Below are positions 1 to 13,300 of a stretch of 64,000 nucleotides of DNA, piece after piece. Positions within the stretch are counted from its first letter, which is position 1. Each line of letters starts with the position of its first letter. Below the pieces are notes generated by a model. It saw nothing but the letters and a program-made list of their open reading frames with translations. It was not told where the DNA came from and did not search any database. A program made the position numbers and the translations under genes. The DNA is from Harriotta raleighana (Eukaryota): NCBI GenBank assembly GCA_050575255.1, contig JBNZDD010013721.1, positions 10,000,983 to 10,064,982 of the forward strand, given 5' to 3'.

Positions 1-455
1 GTTCACCCCCCTTAAGATTGAGCTACCAAGACTATATTGCCTCCTATCATTTTTCCTACCTAAGTGTATGACCTCACACTTATCCACATTGAAATCCATC
101 TGCCACATGTCAGCCCATTCCACCATTCTGTGTATGTCTGCTTGCAGTTGGTTACAGTCCTCCTCACTATTTACTACCCTACCTAACTTTGTATCATCTG
201 CAAACTTGGAAATAGTGCTCTCTATGCCCAAGTCCAGATCATTTATACTAGAAAGAGTAGAGGTCCCAATACCGATCCCTGGGGGACACCGCTGCACACC
301 TCCTTCCATTTCGAGAAACACCCATTAACTACCACCCTCTGCTTTCTGTCACTCAGCCAGTTCTTAATCCAAACTGCCACTGTCCCCTTGATACCGTGGG
401 CTTCTAATTTTTTTATTAATCTCTTATGCGGTACTGTGTCAAAAGCCTTTTTGAA
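1..455 (-). mobile_element. CR1 LINE reverse transcriptase fragment (decayed)
   Basis: DFKKAFDTVPH, GVPQGSVLGPLLF and, after a frameshift, KFADDTKL. Confidence 0.93.
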
Positions 456-2473
456 ATCGAATATTCTGTGAAGCGCTTTGAGACGTCTGGAAGACATGAA
501 AAGCTCTATATCAAATGCAAGGATTATTATTATTATTATTAATATTATTATTATGAATTCCAGAGAATAACTGGTGCAGATTGTTGTGAACAAAAAGTTG
601 GGGACAGCCATATCGTGTGTTGGAGCATTGATGGAATTTAGCCAACGAAAAAACGCATAGCTTGTCAATGAGATTATCTAGGTGTCCACGTGACCTCCCC
701 CCGCCATCCATCAAGGGCTTTGTTTTACAGGATTAACAGGATGTGAGTGGGATGAATCCTTGCTCTCAAATTCCGAATTATGATGATGGTACTCTGATCC
801 GGCCCCACGGCTAATTTGTTCGTCAATGCAAGCAGGGAGGACGTGACTGCATTTCGCACTCACACCGCTATCAAAATGATGACAAAGTTCTGCTTAAAAG
901 CACAACGGAGCAGACTGTATCTTTCACTCCGCTGCAACCCCACTTTGAGGGTTCACACTCTACATTAACCTTTCGGCTCCAGCCGAAAAATCGTAGCAAC
1001 CTTCATTCTGGCAGCAAATGTTTTAATGTTTTTTTTTTTAACAAAGTGTGCCCAGTAACGCACTTTCATTATTCTATTTATCCGAACGCAGTTAAACCTA
1101 ATGTTAAGTACTGTACATAGAAGCCAGGAGATTGGATTGCTTTGCAGTGTTACCAAAGTTTGGAGTGTGGGCAACTGTTTAATTGTATTCATTAAATTAC
1201 CCTCTTGAATGTCCGATTAGACCACTCACAACCCCTACATTTACAGCCCACCTTAATTGTGTGTCTCACATTCAATTTATTCCACACTTTTATGCACTGA
1301 CACTCCTCGGTTTTACAGCAAATCAGTGTGAGATGCCCAGTATAACCTGGGCACTTGCTACATTTTAACTGGATTGCAGAAAGAGAATTGGATTTCCAGA
1401 ATTTACTCAATTGCTTAAATGGAGGAAACACATTTGCAGTTGTAGCTGTAAGAGTATGATAGTGATACTTAAATCGTCAATGGAAAACACGACTAAAGAA
1501 ACCTTTAAACAGTAAATAAGGACAATAATGAAATGCCCTGGATGTAAACCATGTAATTTATTACACATGTTGCAAGAGATTCCTACCAAATCCATGAATC
1601 TTAGATATACTAAGGATAATTGTAAAACAAAATAGAGTTTCATATTCAATGCAATCTCAAGAGGACTGGACTGAAGGACAAACATAAAATAGTTGGAAAT
1701 TTATATAGCACTCTAAGCAAGTTGAATAATCATTCTTGCCTGATAATTTTCCACCTACCCATTAATGGATTCATTACAAAGTAACGCACACCTACATTTA
1801 ACATTTGAGTGCAAATGAATTTACCCGTGACACCAAACAATGAATGCAATAAAGCTGTTCACCTCCTTCCAACTCTCTTGAGATTGGTGAGAAACTGTGA
1901 ATAACGCACGGTGTTTAGTTTAAGTGGAAGCTGGCTTTTCATTCCATTTCTTTTCATTTCATTTCTTTCCGTTCAAAGTTGAGTTCTCTGCAAACAGGAT
2001 TTGGTGCGGGGATTAAGATGGTTTCACACCTGCGACAGTATATGAATTTAACATGGTTGAAGAGACACATCAGAAATGATCCAATGACAGTCTTGAACAA
2101 CGCATGTACAGTAGTATCCTCCTGTCAAAAAAGACGCCACATAAATGTCAATTGTATTCTATTGCAGGGTTAACTGGTTTTAGGGATTAGGATTATATCT
2201 CCTTTTTGCTACTTCTGTTCAGGATATCTCATGTTCAGGCAGTACATCAAATAATACCCTCTAACATGTTTTCAATAAATGCTCCTTTTCACATTTTTTG
2301 TTGGGACGTTTACGAACATAGGTCATTCTTACAGCATATCATATCAGATGAATAGGAGACACTGTACTAATGGTTCTATTTGGATTTTTCTTGGACAATC
2401 TGCCCTGCTGCAATACGTCTGCACTCTCAACTCAAAAAAACAGAGAAGTGGGCACCTAATACCATGACATTAT

Positions 2474-2740
2474 CGTGAGACCTGTGTTCGAATCCAGGCA
2501 GGTCAGGGCGAAACCTTGGGCAAGTTTCCTAACTCCACGAGCCTAATAATAATCCCTCCCCAAAAAATAATGAATTGGTCATTTCAATTCACAACTGTTT
2601 GTGGGACACTGCTGTGCGTGATTGTCTGCTGCGTTCCACCCACAAATATACAGTCAATTCACTTTACAGTATATTCTGTGAAGCGCTCTGAGATATATAT
2701 AAAATGCAACAATTATTATTATTATTATTATTACTATATT
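2474..2740 (+). mobile_element. SINE copy, 5'-truncated (further partial copies at ~460-553 +, ~6700-7095 -, ~7905-8080 +, ~9490-9615 +, ~16385-16550 -)
   Basis: Shared B box, core and/or tail sequence. Confidence 0.85.
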
Positions 2741-5559
2741 GTTTAGTTTAATTTTTACGAAAGCCTCTCTTCGCTGCGCTTAGACCAGTGTGTGTGTGAT
2801 ACCTGATTGAAGTTGTGTAACTGCCCTCAGTCACCAGGAGATGTCATTAGTTTATAACTGAAAAATCATCTTCAACACTGGTAAGAAATCACCAGCAATG
2901 GAAAAACTAGAAGAGAAGAGAGAAAAGATGAAAATCACACATTGGGATTGTGTCCTGCGTCTTTCTGTTAAACAATTCCTTGGCCCAAATATCTGATAAA
3001 GGCAATCCACAGACTGGTTTCACATACCGCGAGTTTATTCAAAAACCAATCTGTGAGAATAGGAAGCGTTTTAAAAACGCTTAAATTAATTACTCTGCAG
3101 AGAAGGAGAAATAGAGAGAGAGCCCTCCCTTTCCAAAATGGGGGATCAGTTCCTAATCTAAATGTTACAAACTTTGCCCCCAACCTCTGGAATTCCATCT
3201 CCCAATCCCTCCGCCTCGCTCCCTCCCTAGCCTCCTTCAAGTCACACCTCAAGACCTTCCTCTTCGACAGTCCCATCGGTCACCTCCCCCCCTCTCCCCT
3301 CCTTTCTCTCCAACCCGACCCCAGCTCAGGTCTGAAACACTGACTGGACAAATATAATTTTGTGGTTGTTGTTCATGAAATATGACTGTAATTCCCTCCT
3401 GTTCTAAGAATGTCCCAGATCACAGTTTTTGAAGTCTATCAGGATGGGTCTATCTATGTTGGGTCTATCAAGACCCAACATTCAAAACTCAAAATGATTT
3501 AAGTCGACTCCTGAAAAATATAAAACTCAAACAATTATTAAGTTGGTTGGAATTCTGTTGAATCCTGAGTCTGAATTACTCAGCAATGTGAGGCAGAACC
3601 CAACTTTCAATTTCAGGGTTTATAAAGACTAGTCTGAATCTTTAATTCTTACATAAGGATATACTGTGACAGCGTTAACTGGGTTTTATAAACTGTGCAG
3701 GTTTGCAAAACCACATCTATGATTAAGGATTGCCTTTAGAAACTCACCCTGAATGCTTTCATCAAAGTTTATATCAACTGATTTTACTGAAACACTTATG
3801 AGGGTTTACGTAAACACACTTTGGAATACGCCTTGCTTGTTTAAATGAATGACTAAAGGGGTAATGGTATGAACTTTATAATTTTACTCTCAAAGGTAAC
3901 TCACAATCAAAAAAGTTTACATGTGCCACAAACACCAGTTAATGGAATGAATAGCGATGTGGATATATCAGGGGCACACAAACAACCCTAGTTTATAGGA
4001 ACAATATAGAATGGATTTACCGTGACATGTACTTTCAACGCTGCAAGGGGTTCATTATGGGATAAAGAACAAGTGTGAAGGTTATAATTAAAACCTTATT
4101 TAGAGTAGAACTAATAAGGTAAAGTGGAACTTATGATGTGCGGTGATGCGTTTTCTCATGCATGGATGAAGAAAATGCAATTAGAATGATTGAGTACATT
4201 TTGTAAATAACCTCATACTGATGCTTTCAATAAATATATCCAGGCTTAAACACCGTAGAACGTATGATCTGCTGTTAAGGATGGCGAAAAATGACTTTAA
4301 TTCATAAGGCATGTACATGTTGCATTAGATTCAACCTTAGTCATTCAAAATATAGCTAATTGTTTACTCAGTGAAGTAAATTTAACAAAGGACTATTTTG
4401 CTCATCGGAGCAGTATTCCCATGAGAGCCTTCTATTGGAATTAAAATAATTAATACCTCACAGCAGATGACATAAAAAGCCACAAGAGCATACAGTACAT
4501 AAGCCAGAATCACCACTCCTCACTAGGCTTGTTTCCTGTACATACTGCTTCTCTCCATCGAAGCTGGGTTTGTAATACTGCATTGCCAGATAAGCCAGTG
4601 TTTGGGGAAAAGGGTCTGGCATTGTCCAATGCATCATTTCTAAATGGTATATGGGTAATGCAGTCCATAACAGTATTTGATTTCATTCGGCATTTGATTC
4701 ATACTGTGATAACAGAATTGACTTCAAATTAACACGTTGTCATTCTTCATGTCGGAAACCAGACAGTGAGTGTCGGAAAATTATTCCAACATTGGCACCG
4801 TCACAATCAAGCCTGCCCTTGTCTTGATATGAGTGTACCCGTCCAATAACCATCACTGCTGAATGCTCAATATTAGCAATTTTCTGCCTGTACAGTACTG
4901 TACTTTTCTCTCCAAAGCAAGCACTGAAGCTAATTGTAATTCCCTTCCCCCAGTTTTGCACCAAGTGTGGCCGAGGGATAAATAAACACTCTTGAGTTGC
5001 TCACTGGCATTTCATCTTAATATTTACTCACTGAAGCCAACAGGGGTCCAGATTTTACCCTTCTGAAGTCCAATTTAAAAGGGAGAGCGATGTTTCTGCA
5101 CGCAAGTAAACCCAGCATCAGCACAGCCTCCAGCAGTGTTTTTAACACAACTGATAAAATGTGTGCTATTTATTGCGAACTTGAATTCTAAATTAATTCA
5201 AGCAGCTCTTATTAGTCCAATCCTTAGTTGCTGGTCAACACAGCAATGGAAGTTCATGGCAATAGATGTGACCAATTTCGTTGGTGCTGTATTACCGCGA
5301 AATTGACAATATGTCAAGGACATGTCTCGTTGACAATATCATAAGTTCATGTCCACTCACAATGAACTAAAACACCAGTCTCGTCTTTATAAAATAAGGA
5401 TGCAAAGTTTAACAGGTTTTTATCACGCTCAAGAGAACACATAGTTCTTAGACATCTTTTTTCAATAAAGTGTTTCTGTGTAGTGTATGTCGTACAGCCT
5501 CAATGTAACTTTACCATTAAATACATTGAGAGAAAGTTACTTTTCTATAAATATGGCAA

Positions 5560-6052
5560 TAGATTCATAGATAAAAGAGGCCATTCAGCCCATCGAGTCT
5601 CTGCTGACTCTCTGACAGAGCAATGTCACTTTTATTAACCCCAATCACCAGCTTTCTCCCCATAACCCTGCAAACTCGTCTTCCCCAGATATCTATCCAG
5701 TTCTCTCTTAAAAACTGCTATCGAATCGGACCTCACTACCCTTTCAGGCAGATCATTCCAAATTCGAACAACTCGTTGAGTGAAAAAAAATATTTTAACC
5801 TCCCCTCTGCTTCTTTTAGTAGATATCTTAAGACTGTGACCATGGGTCACAGACACACCTACCAGCGGAAACAGCTTTTCCCTATCTATCCTGTCGAAAC
5901 CTTTCATGATCTTGAAGACCTCTATCAGGTCCCCACATAATCTTCTCTGCTCTAATGGGAAAAGTCCTAACGTCTCCAGCCTGTCCTCATAGCTAAGGTT
6001 CCCCTTTCCTGGTATCATTCTCGTGAATCTCCTCTGCATCCTTTCCAATATC
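5560..6052 (-). mobile_element. CR1 LINE 3' end
   Basis: ORF2 C-terminus (QRRFTRMIPG..LSYEDRL..GDLIEVFKIMKG..FFTQRVV..WN.LP) plus 3'UTR tail. Confidence 0.93.
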
Positions 6053-7099
6053 TGAAATTTATGCCCCAATTATTCTTTCCTATGTAATACAGTACCTGGT
6101 ATATTTGTTCCGCCAAATTCCGCCAATTTCCAATGTTTTATGTATCTGTATGCATGCTGCCATAGTTCTGCTAAAGAACTGAAACTTTAGCCCTGATTCT
6201 AACATTGCACCAGGAACTAGAGCGAGATCAAACAAGCCTAATTTTGACTTTTCTTTTCAAAACACCAGAGAAATCTTGGAAACAGTCACCCAAACCGCCA
6301 CGCAGAACGTTTAAACTCAGAACACGTATCATCCCAGACCTTAATATCCTTTCGCAGAGCGAAGGCAAGCCTTTTGTTGTTCTTATATTTTTATATTTGA
6401 AAGTCACCCAGCACTGCTGGCAACTTTTGCGAATCTGGTTTCTGTTATTTGTCCTTGGTGAAGTTATTTCCTTCCTGACATAAATTACTTCTTATGAAAT
6501 TCCGGATAAACTTGTGTGAAGCAAGCATTGTTTTTTAATGCAAGGATTTTTTTTTTCCACATACAATACGGTCAAACCTGCTCAAGCAACTACCTCCATC
6601 AAAGCAATATTTGCCCAGTGCCCTCAGAGATTATTACAGATGAGTTTGACTATATATCCAAATATTGTATTCTGTTGCTGCAAAACAAAGAATAATAATC
6701 TAATAATAATAATCCTTGCATTTGATATAGCGCTTTTCACATCTTATCGACGTCCCAAAGCGCTTCACAGAATATATTGTAAAGTGAATTGACTGTATAT
6801 TTCTGGGCACAATGAAGGTGGTGTAGGACAATATTAGGACAGTCAGCAACCAGGATATATGTAAAATAATAATCCTTGCATAGGATATAGCATTTTTCAC
6901 GTCTTCTATACGTCTCAAAATACTTCACAGAATATACTGTAAAGTGAATTGATTGTATATTTGTGGGCAAAACATGGCAGCCAATAGTGCACAGTGCTGT
7001 CCCACAAACAGTCATGCATTGAACTGACCAATTTATTATTGGGTTTTTTCGAAGGATTATTATCAGGCGTGGGAAGAAAGGAAACTTGCCCAAGATAAT

Positions 7100-7232
7100 T
7101 ATTTGGGAAGAACAAATACGCAGGGCTATGGGGGAACGGGATTGATTTGAACAGATCTTTTCAAAGAGCTGGCACAGACGCGATGGGCCGAATGGCAGCC
7201 TTCTGTACTGTATAATTCTATGATGCTATGAT
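7100..7232 (+). mobile_element. CR1 3'UTR tail fragment (others at ~14020-14165 -, ~14305-14372 +, ~40265-40400 +)
   Basis: gctggcacagacgcgatgggccgaatggc...tctgtactgtat..ttctatg, the reverse complement of the tail of the longer CR1 copies. Confidence 0.75.
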
Positions 7233-8704
7233 CCCTCGCTGACAAGCCTGAGATTTACACCAGCTTTTTCTGTGCAAACAGTTCCTTTAAATGACATGAA
7301 TGTTTCTTTTTTGTGTGCAACTCCGATATGTGCGACATTAATCTGAGTGGGCTGTGTTTTCTTTCTAGAAGTAACATCTGGAGAATCAAACTATTTATGC
7401 ATGGGTCAGTGACTGTGAAATAATTAGCAGTCTCTCACAGTCGCTCCTTAACAATTAATTTTTTGATTGACTGTTTTCTTTTTCCTCATTCAGCATTGAA
7501 GGTCACATCAGAATTCTTTGTGCTGTACAAATAATATCATTGCCATGCCTTCCAAGGATATATATATATATATCTCAATTTTTTAAAAGTCAATCAAATT
7601 ATTGGTCGTGAAAGACCATCAATTATGTCTAATTATTAGTCAATAATGTATGACTAAAATGTATAATATCTTTCACGAACAACTTTTTTAAGCGTGTCAG
7701 GAAACTAAATTTGAAGCCTTTGGGATGAAACCATAGTCTGTTCTAATCCTTTCCTTTGTTTTTTCATCTTCCAAAAGCTCTCGTTTAAAATGTTAAATAC
7801 AGTAGTTTATCATCTTTTAGTGAGGAGAGCGCTGATTTTTATTTCACTGTGTCCAAGGCTTGTCTTTTCGATGACAGGTTAGGATTGCCAAGTTAGGAGA
7901 CACAATTAGTATCAATCCACGGCGGTTTGTGGGACACTGTAATGGGAAATTAGCTTCCGGGTTTCGCCCACAAAATCCAGTCAATCCACTTTACAATATA
8001 TTTCTGTGAAGGGCTTTGAGACATGCCAGCGACATGATAAGCTGCTATATCAAATGCAAGGAATATGATTCTTATTATTACTGTGTGCATGTTTGATTTG
8101 GGAAAAAAACATGCATTTGAATTAGGACTGGTTTTAGCGTACGCAATGAAAAGGAGAGCTAAATACAGCCAAATCCTACAACTGTATTAAGCCTCTATTC
8201 TTTCCTCTAGGTAATTGGTACAGTGAAGTCTTGACAGGCTTCCAAGAGAGCATTTTACCAACAGGAAAACAATCCAAAGCTTCGCTAAGGCTGATATCAA
8301 GCAATTCCCAGTGTTTCACAGTTCCACTAAACGGCTTAAGAGTCAGTAATGATCTATCTTGCCTTTCTATTCATCCTTATTATTGTGCCATGTTGATCAG
8401 ACTTCCAGCAGAAGCAGTATACATTGTGTTGATTATCGCTTTCAAAAACAAGATTAGATAAATACATGGCAGCGAGTGGGATTAGAAATTTGTTTGTGCA
8501 TCGAGATGAGGAAATGCCTATTAGAATTATGCTGCTGAAGTGAAATGGGAGAGGGGTGCTTCTGTGAAAATTAGCTCGACAATTTTTTTTGGGTGGAATC
8601 AGGGTGCTCATCCGGGCGTCTGGCATATTACAGAAATCCAGCTGACTCTGCAAACCAGATAGGCTAACAAATAAAATACATTAAACAAAACCCCAATTAT
8701 CCCA

Positions 8705-9493
8705 AAACGCAAAATACTGCAGATGCTGGAAATCGGAAACAAAAACAGAGACCGCCGGGAACACTCAGCAGGTCAGGCAGCATCTACAACAACAACAACA
8801 ACAAGATTACATTTATAGAGCGCGTTTCCAGTCGGGAGGACGTCCCAAGGCGCTGGACAGTTGGTTTAGGACCCGAGCAGGGGGAAATGTTCAGGGCGAG
8901 GGGGGGGGAGAGGGTGGGAGCAAGGAGGGGATAGAGAGTCGAGAGAGGAGCTGAAGGCACAGTCGAAGAGAAAGGTCTTGAGATCGGTCTTGAAAGAGGA
9001 AAGGGAGGGAGCGAGGCGAAGGCACTGGGGGATGGAGTTTCAGAGCCTAGGGGCTGAACGGCTGAAAGCCCGGCTGCCAATGGTAGGACGGTTAGGGCAG
9101 GGGATGGGGAGCAGACCAGAGCCAGAGGAACGGAGGGTACGGGCAGGTAGATAGGGGGATAGTAGGTCGGAGAGGTAGGAGGGAGCAAGGCCGTGAATGG
9201 CCTTGTAGGTAAGGATGAGGATCTTGAATTCGATCCTCTGGGGGATGGGGAGCCAGTGGAGACGGGCGAGGGTGGGAGTGATGTGGTCTCGAAGCCTGGT
9301 GCGGGAGAGTACACGAGCTGCAGAGTTCTGGATGACCTGCAGCTTGTGGATGGAGGAGCCGGGAAGGCCTACGAGGAGAGAGTTCCCATAGTCCAGCCTT
9401 GAGGTGATGAAGGCGTGGACTAGTGTTTCGTGTCCTTCTATGAAGAAAGGAAAAGTGAGTCCATGATTCGTGTCCACGACCCTTCGTCAGATT
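8705..9493 (-). mobile_element. Second Penelope-like terminal fragment, split in two by the L2 insertion
   Basis: 9437-9493 and 8705-8786 join into a continuous reverse-complement match to 33215-33318. Confidence 0.7.
8787..9436 (-). mobile_element. L2 LINE 3' end, 5'-truncated, with (TTG)n tail
   Basis: L2 ORF2 C-terminus [17 protein letters not shown]...QNSAAR...LHWLP...FKIL...APSYL. Confidence 0.94.
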
Positions 9494-10029
9494 GGTTGCC
9501 AGGTTTCGCCAGCAAAATATAGTCAATTCATCTTGCAGTATATTTTGCAAAGCACTTTGAGACGCTTGAAGACATGATAAGGCGCTACATAAAAATGCAA
9601 GCCTGATTATTATTAGTAGTATATGTAGTAATACATTATGCCATCATTTTGATAAGCACAGTTTACAGTATTCAAATTAGGATAGATTAACCGGGGCTGG
9701 AAAGGCAACAGTGGGAAATGTACAGATGGGTGGGAGCGAGGGCAGCAAAATAATCCATCAGTCTGCAAATAACAAAAGACTCTACACTCGTGGTTCTGTA
9801 ACAATGCAATTTTTGATTAGGTGGCAGCGAGGATAATGAGTGGGGGGGGAAAAACAAAAGCTCTATTAGTATGACAGTGGTGCTTAGCTCTTTCGTTGCG
9901 AGAAGGTGAAAAGGTTGTGATAATCAGTGTTTTATAGTTGTGCTAGGAAACATGAGATAGTTCTGTTCCTTGTTTGACTGACACAATCACAACAGTCACA
10001 GATACACACATATTTTAAAAGAATATTGA

Positions 10030-10346
10030 ATAATAATAATAAATAAATAAAAGCGCTATATCAAATGCATGGTTATTTATTTTATTATGTTATTTTATAC
10101 GGAATACACTGCAAAGTGAATTGGCTGTATATTTGTGGGCGAAATGCGACAGTCAATTGTGCACAGCAGCGTCCAACAAACAGCCCTGGATTGAAAATGA
10201 CCAATTTATTATAGATTTTTTCCTTGAGGGATTACTATCAGGCATGTGGAGTAAGGAAACTTGCCCAAGGTTTCGCTCTGCCAGGAATCGAACCTAGGAC
10301 TCTCTCTTGTAAGGCGAGTGCTCTAACCAATGAGCTACAGGACTCC
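10030..10346 (-). mobile_element. tRNA-derived SINE with a Deu-like core and L2-like tail, near full length
   Basis: Head GGAGTCCTGTAGCTCA..GGTTAGAGC (A box)...GGTTCGATTCC (B box), core gctgtg..caattg.ctg, tail (TTA)n. Confidence 0.88.
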
Positions 10347-13300
10347 AGAAACCCGTCACGAGAAAGTTTCACCATATTTTAAATACTTTTATCTGGGAAC
10401 AAGTCATGCTTGCTGTGAAACTTGACTACAGTGAAATCCACGTCATCATGCACGTTACAATAATATCTGCTGCAAACTATAACCCAGTTCATAACACTGG
10501 GCAGAGAATTGACTTTGTTACCGCAGTTAATAACTAATGATTCAGTTCCAATCGACAGGCCCTGGGATTATTTTAAACCTTGCTGATTTGAAGTACTTCA
10601 AATTGAAGACTGCCAAATGATTTTTAATCATGTTTAGGTTGCTCATGTGATCAGCAGTTATTTCCTCGCCCATTGTAAATTCTAAAAGGTGTAAATGTGC
10701 CCGGAGGCTGAAACCTAGCAAGTCTGTTTGACACTAATCATTGGAGGCTTTATGTAACACTCCGTGGGTTGTTTACCAGGAACATCACTGAACAAATGTT
10801 CATCGACAAAGTAAATCACTCATTTTAAAGTTCGCAAGAAGAGTAATGCATGGTGATACTGTCCCGACTTTTGTATAACTTTTGCACTCTGTTGATTTTG
10901 AAAAGAGCGATCGATTTTAGGCGTGTGCATTCTTCGAGAACAGCCAACCGACGACTCAAACAATTGCATGTTTTTACGAGTTCGCAATGCACGCACCAAA
11001 CAGACAACTATTCTTCAGCGCAGGAAAGAAAATTCATAAACCCATCTGCTCAGCAGGTCTGGCACATTTTAATTGAGAGCCCACGGGTATAAGATGACAT
11101 GAAATATCCATTGTCTTTTCCTCTTTGGTAAATACTGAGTCACTCTTCATCCAGCTTGCAGAGAAAACAACAACTTGCACTTGTACAGCTTTTCCTCCCA
11201 CACGGGGTAGTGTGTCCCAGCACTTATGAGTGCATGTGTCTATACCAGACGTGCACGTGTGAAAGCGAAGCATTAATTGTGGCATTGTACTGAAAACATT
11301 ACGCAAAGTGAACATGTTGTTGTGGGGCTCACTCCAGTTATTGTTTGGTTCTGCAGTTGCTTGGAATTCAGGCTTACTTTGCTGCTGTGTGCTGATGGAG
11401 CTCTGCCTTCATAAAACTGCTTCTGACTTTCTCAAGCCTGCTTAGCATGTTGTCCCGAAGAGAGTCCAGCTGTGCTCTGTATGACTTACATTACATAATG
11501 TTCTTTTCCAAGGTAATTTGATATATTGATCAAGGCATTTATGCAGCAGCATTTTTACTGAGAGCTAATATGTGTTTAATGAAGCTCAAAAAAAAGTGTC
11601 TCTGGTAATTTATTCATGTATTAGAATTTTTTTCCCCAGTGAAACACAATTAGATCCACCATGTGTAATACACTTAGAATGGAATTGAAATGTTAAAGGA
11701 AGAATTATAACTGAATGCATAAATGACATTTACTGAAAGTAATTTTCCTGCAATGTCAAAGCCAACAAATTGACTTCTGTAAAAGGTAATTTTTTTTCGA
11801 AATAACTAGTTAGAGTGATCCAAAAATTAGATTGTACACACAAAATTGTATTAGCGGGATGAAAGCACCGCTGTAGAAAGCAATCCAGTATTCATTTTAC
11901 TCCAGGAGGTTTAAAAGCAGTTCAGTTTATAGCACTGAGAAATGCAATTATCACCCGGATTAATATACGCATGGAGTGTTGTCGAATAGCTTTAATACTG
12001 TTATATTATTATTTTTATTGTTATGAATTGCTTTTTTTTACTGAATTGGTCTAACCGAGGGAGTGTTTGTGGGCCAGATTCGTAAATGTTCCTTCACCTC
12101 TGGGATTTAAGTTAAAATCTACCTTGGACTGATGGGATAAATAAATAATACTCGCATATTATATTGACTTGGAACAAGCAGAAGTGAACATTTTCGAGTG
12201 GCTTCTTTTAGTTTGGCTAAACATTGGGGAAAATATTAGTTAACATTAACAGCCCTCGCAAGCTGACTAAACCACTGCTGCAAAATTAGCTTTTTTTCCT
12301 CAAAAACCCCCCACACCAATTTCAAGCAAAGACTGGCATATGTCAGTGCAACTATTTGGGCGAACNGACATTAACAGCCCTCGCAAGCTGACTAAACCAC
12401 TGCTGAAAAATTAGCTTTTTTTCCTCAAAAACCCCCCAATTTCAAGCAAAGACTGGCATATGTCAGTGCAACTATTTGGGCGAACATATAAAGTTTTGAA
12501 TAAGTTTCTTGGTTAAATGAATGTCAACAATTTATGAGGTGTGTCTGCATTGCTCTTCAGCGCTGATGGTTTCAATACGCATGACAGGCAGAAAACGTTT
12601 GGATTTGGCTCTTCATTTGTTGCGAGATCATCATCAAAGCTTTTGCTGCGTACTTTCGTGGGCTGTGTACTTTCATCTACTAAACTGTAGAATTATAGAG
12701 CAGCTTTTCCTGGGTATAACGTGATACTTGTGTCAGTCTTAAACTGATACTCATTATAAATAAGATTTACAGGAAGTTTATATTGCAGTAACGGAGAGAC
12801 TGCAATCTCCACCAGAGAAAGAGAAAATGCCAGGTTTGCGTGAGGCAGCCAAAGTCAATAACAACACAACAACAACTTGCATTTATAGCGTCCTCCACTC
12901 CGGGCAGCGTCTCAGAGCGCTTCACAATGGCGGAGTCCGAGGCCGAGCCGGGAAGAGGGGGAAGAGGGACACGACCTGAAGATGGGAAAGGAAGGGTTGA
13001 GCTGAAGGGATTGAGGAAAGGAGATCATATCTCCTAAATCCTTCCATTCCGAGATACACATCTGTGTTTGTAACCACGCAACCATGATTTAAGTTGTATT
13101 TTTTCTAGTAAAACACGTAGTAGCTTTGCAATTAAATTTCGATTTCAGAACCATGCATGTTACTGATTTTGAATCTAAAACTTAAAATGCCGTAGGTGAA
13201 ATGCCTGCATATATGAAGATGGAATGGCAGAGTAACTTAAAAGGAAATTGAAAACGATTGTTTCACCTTAAGCTTGGTCAAAAAGGAACGAACAGCACTT

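Noticed and set aside
4500-11320. Short exon-like ORFs near 4500-4960, 8210-8520 and 10850-11315
   Set aside because: No recognisable protein similarity and no consistent splice phasing; cannot support a gene.
12242-12485. Short tandem duplications around single Ns (also ~16570-16807, ~25155-25305, ~29190-29300, ~45354-45513, ~52734-53049)
   Set aside because: Each pair meets exactly at an N, the signature of unmerged contig overlaps; not biological repeats or CRISPR arrays.
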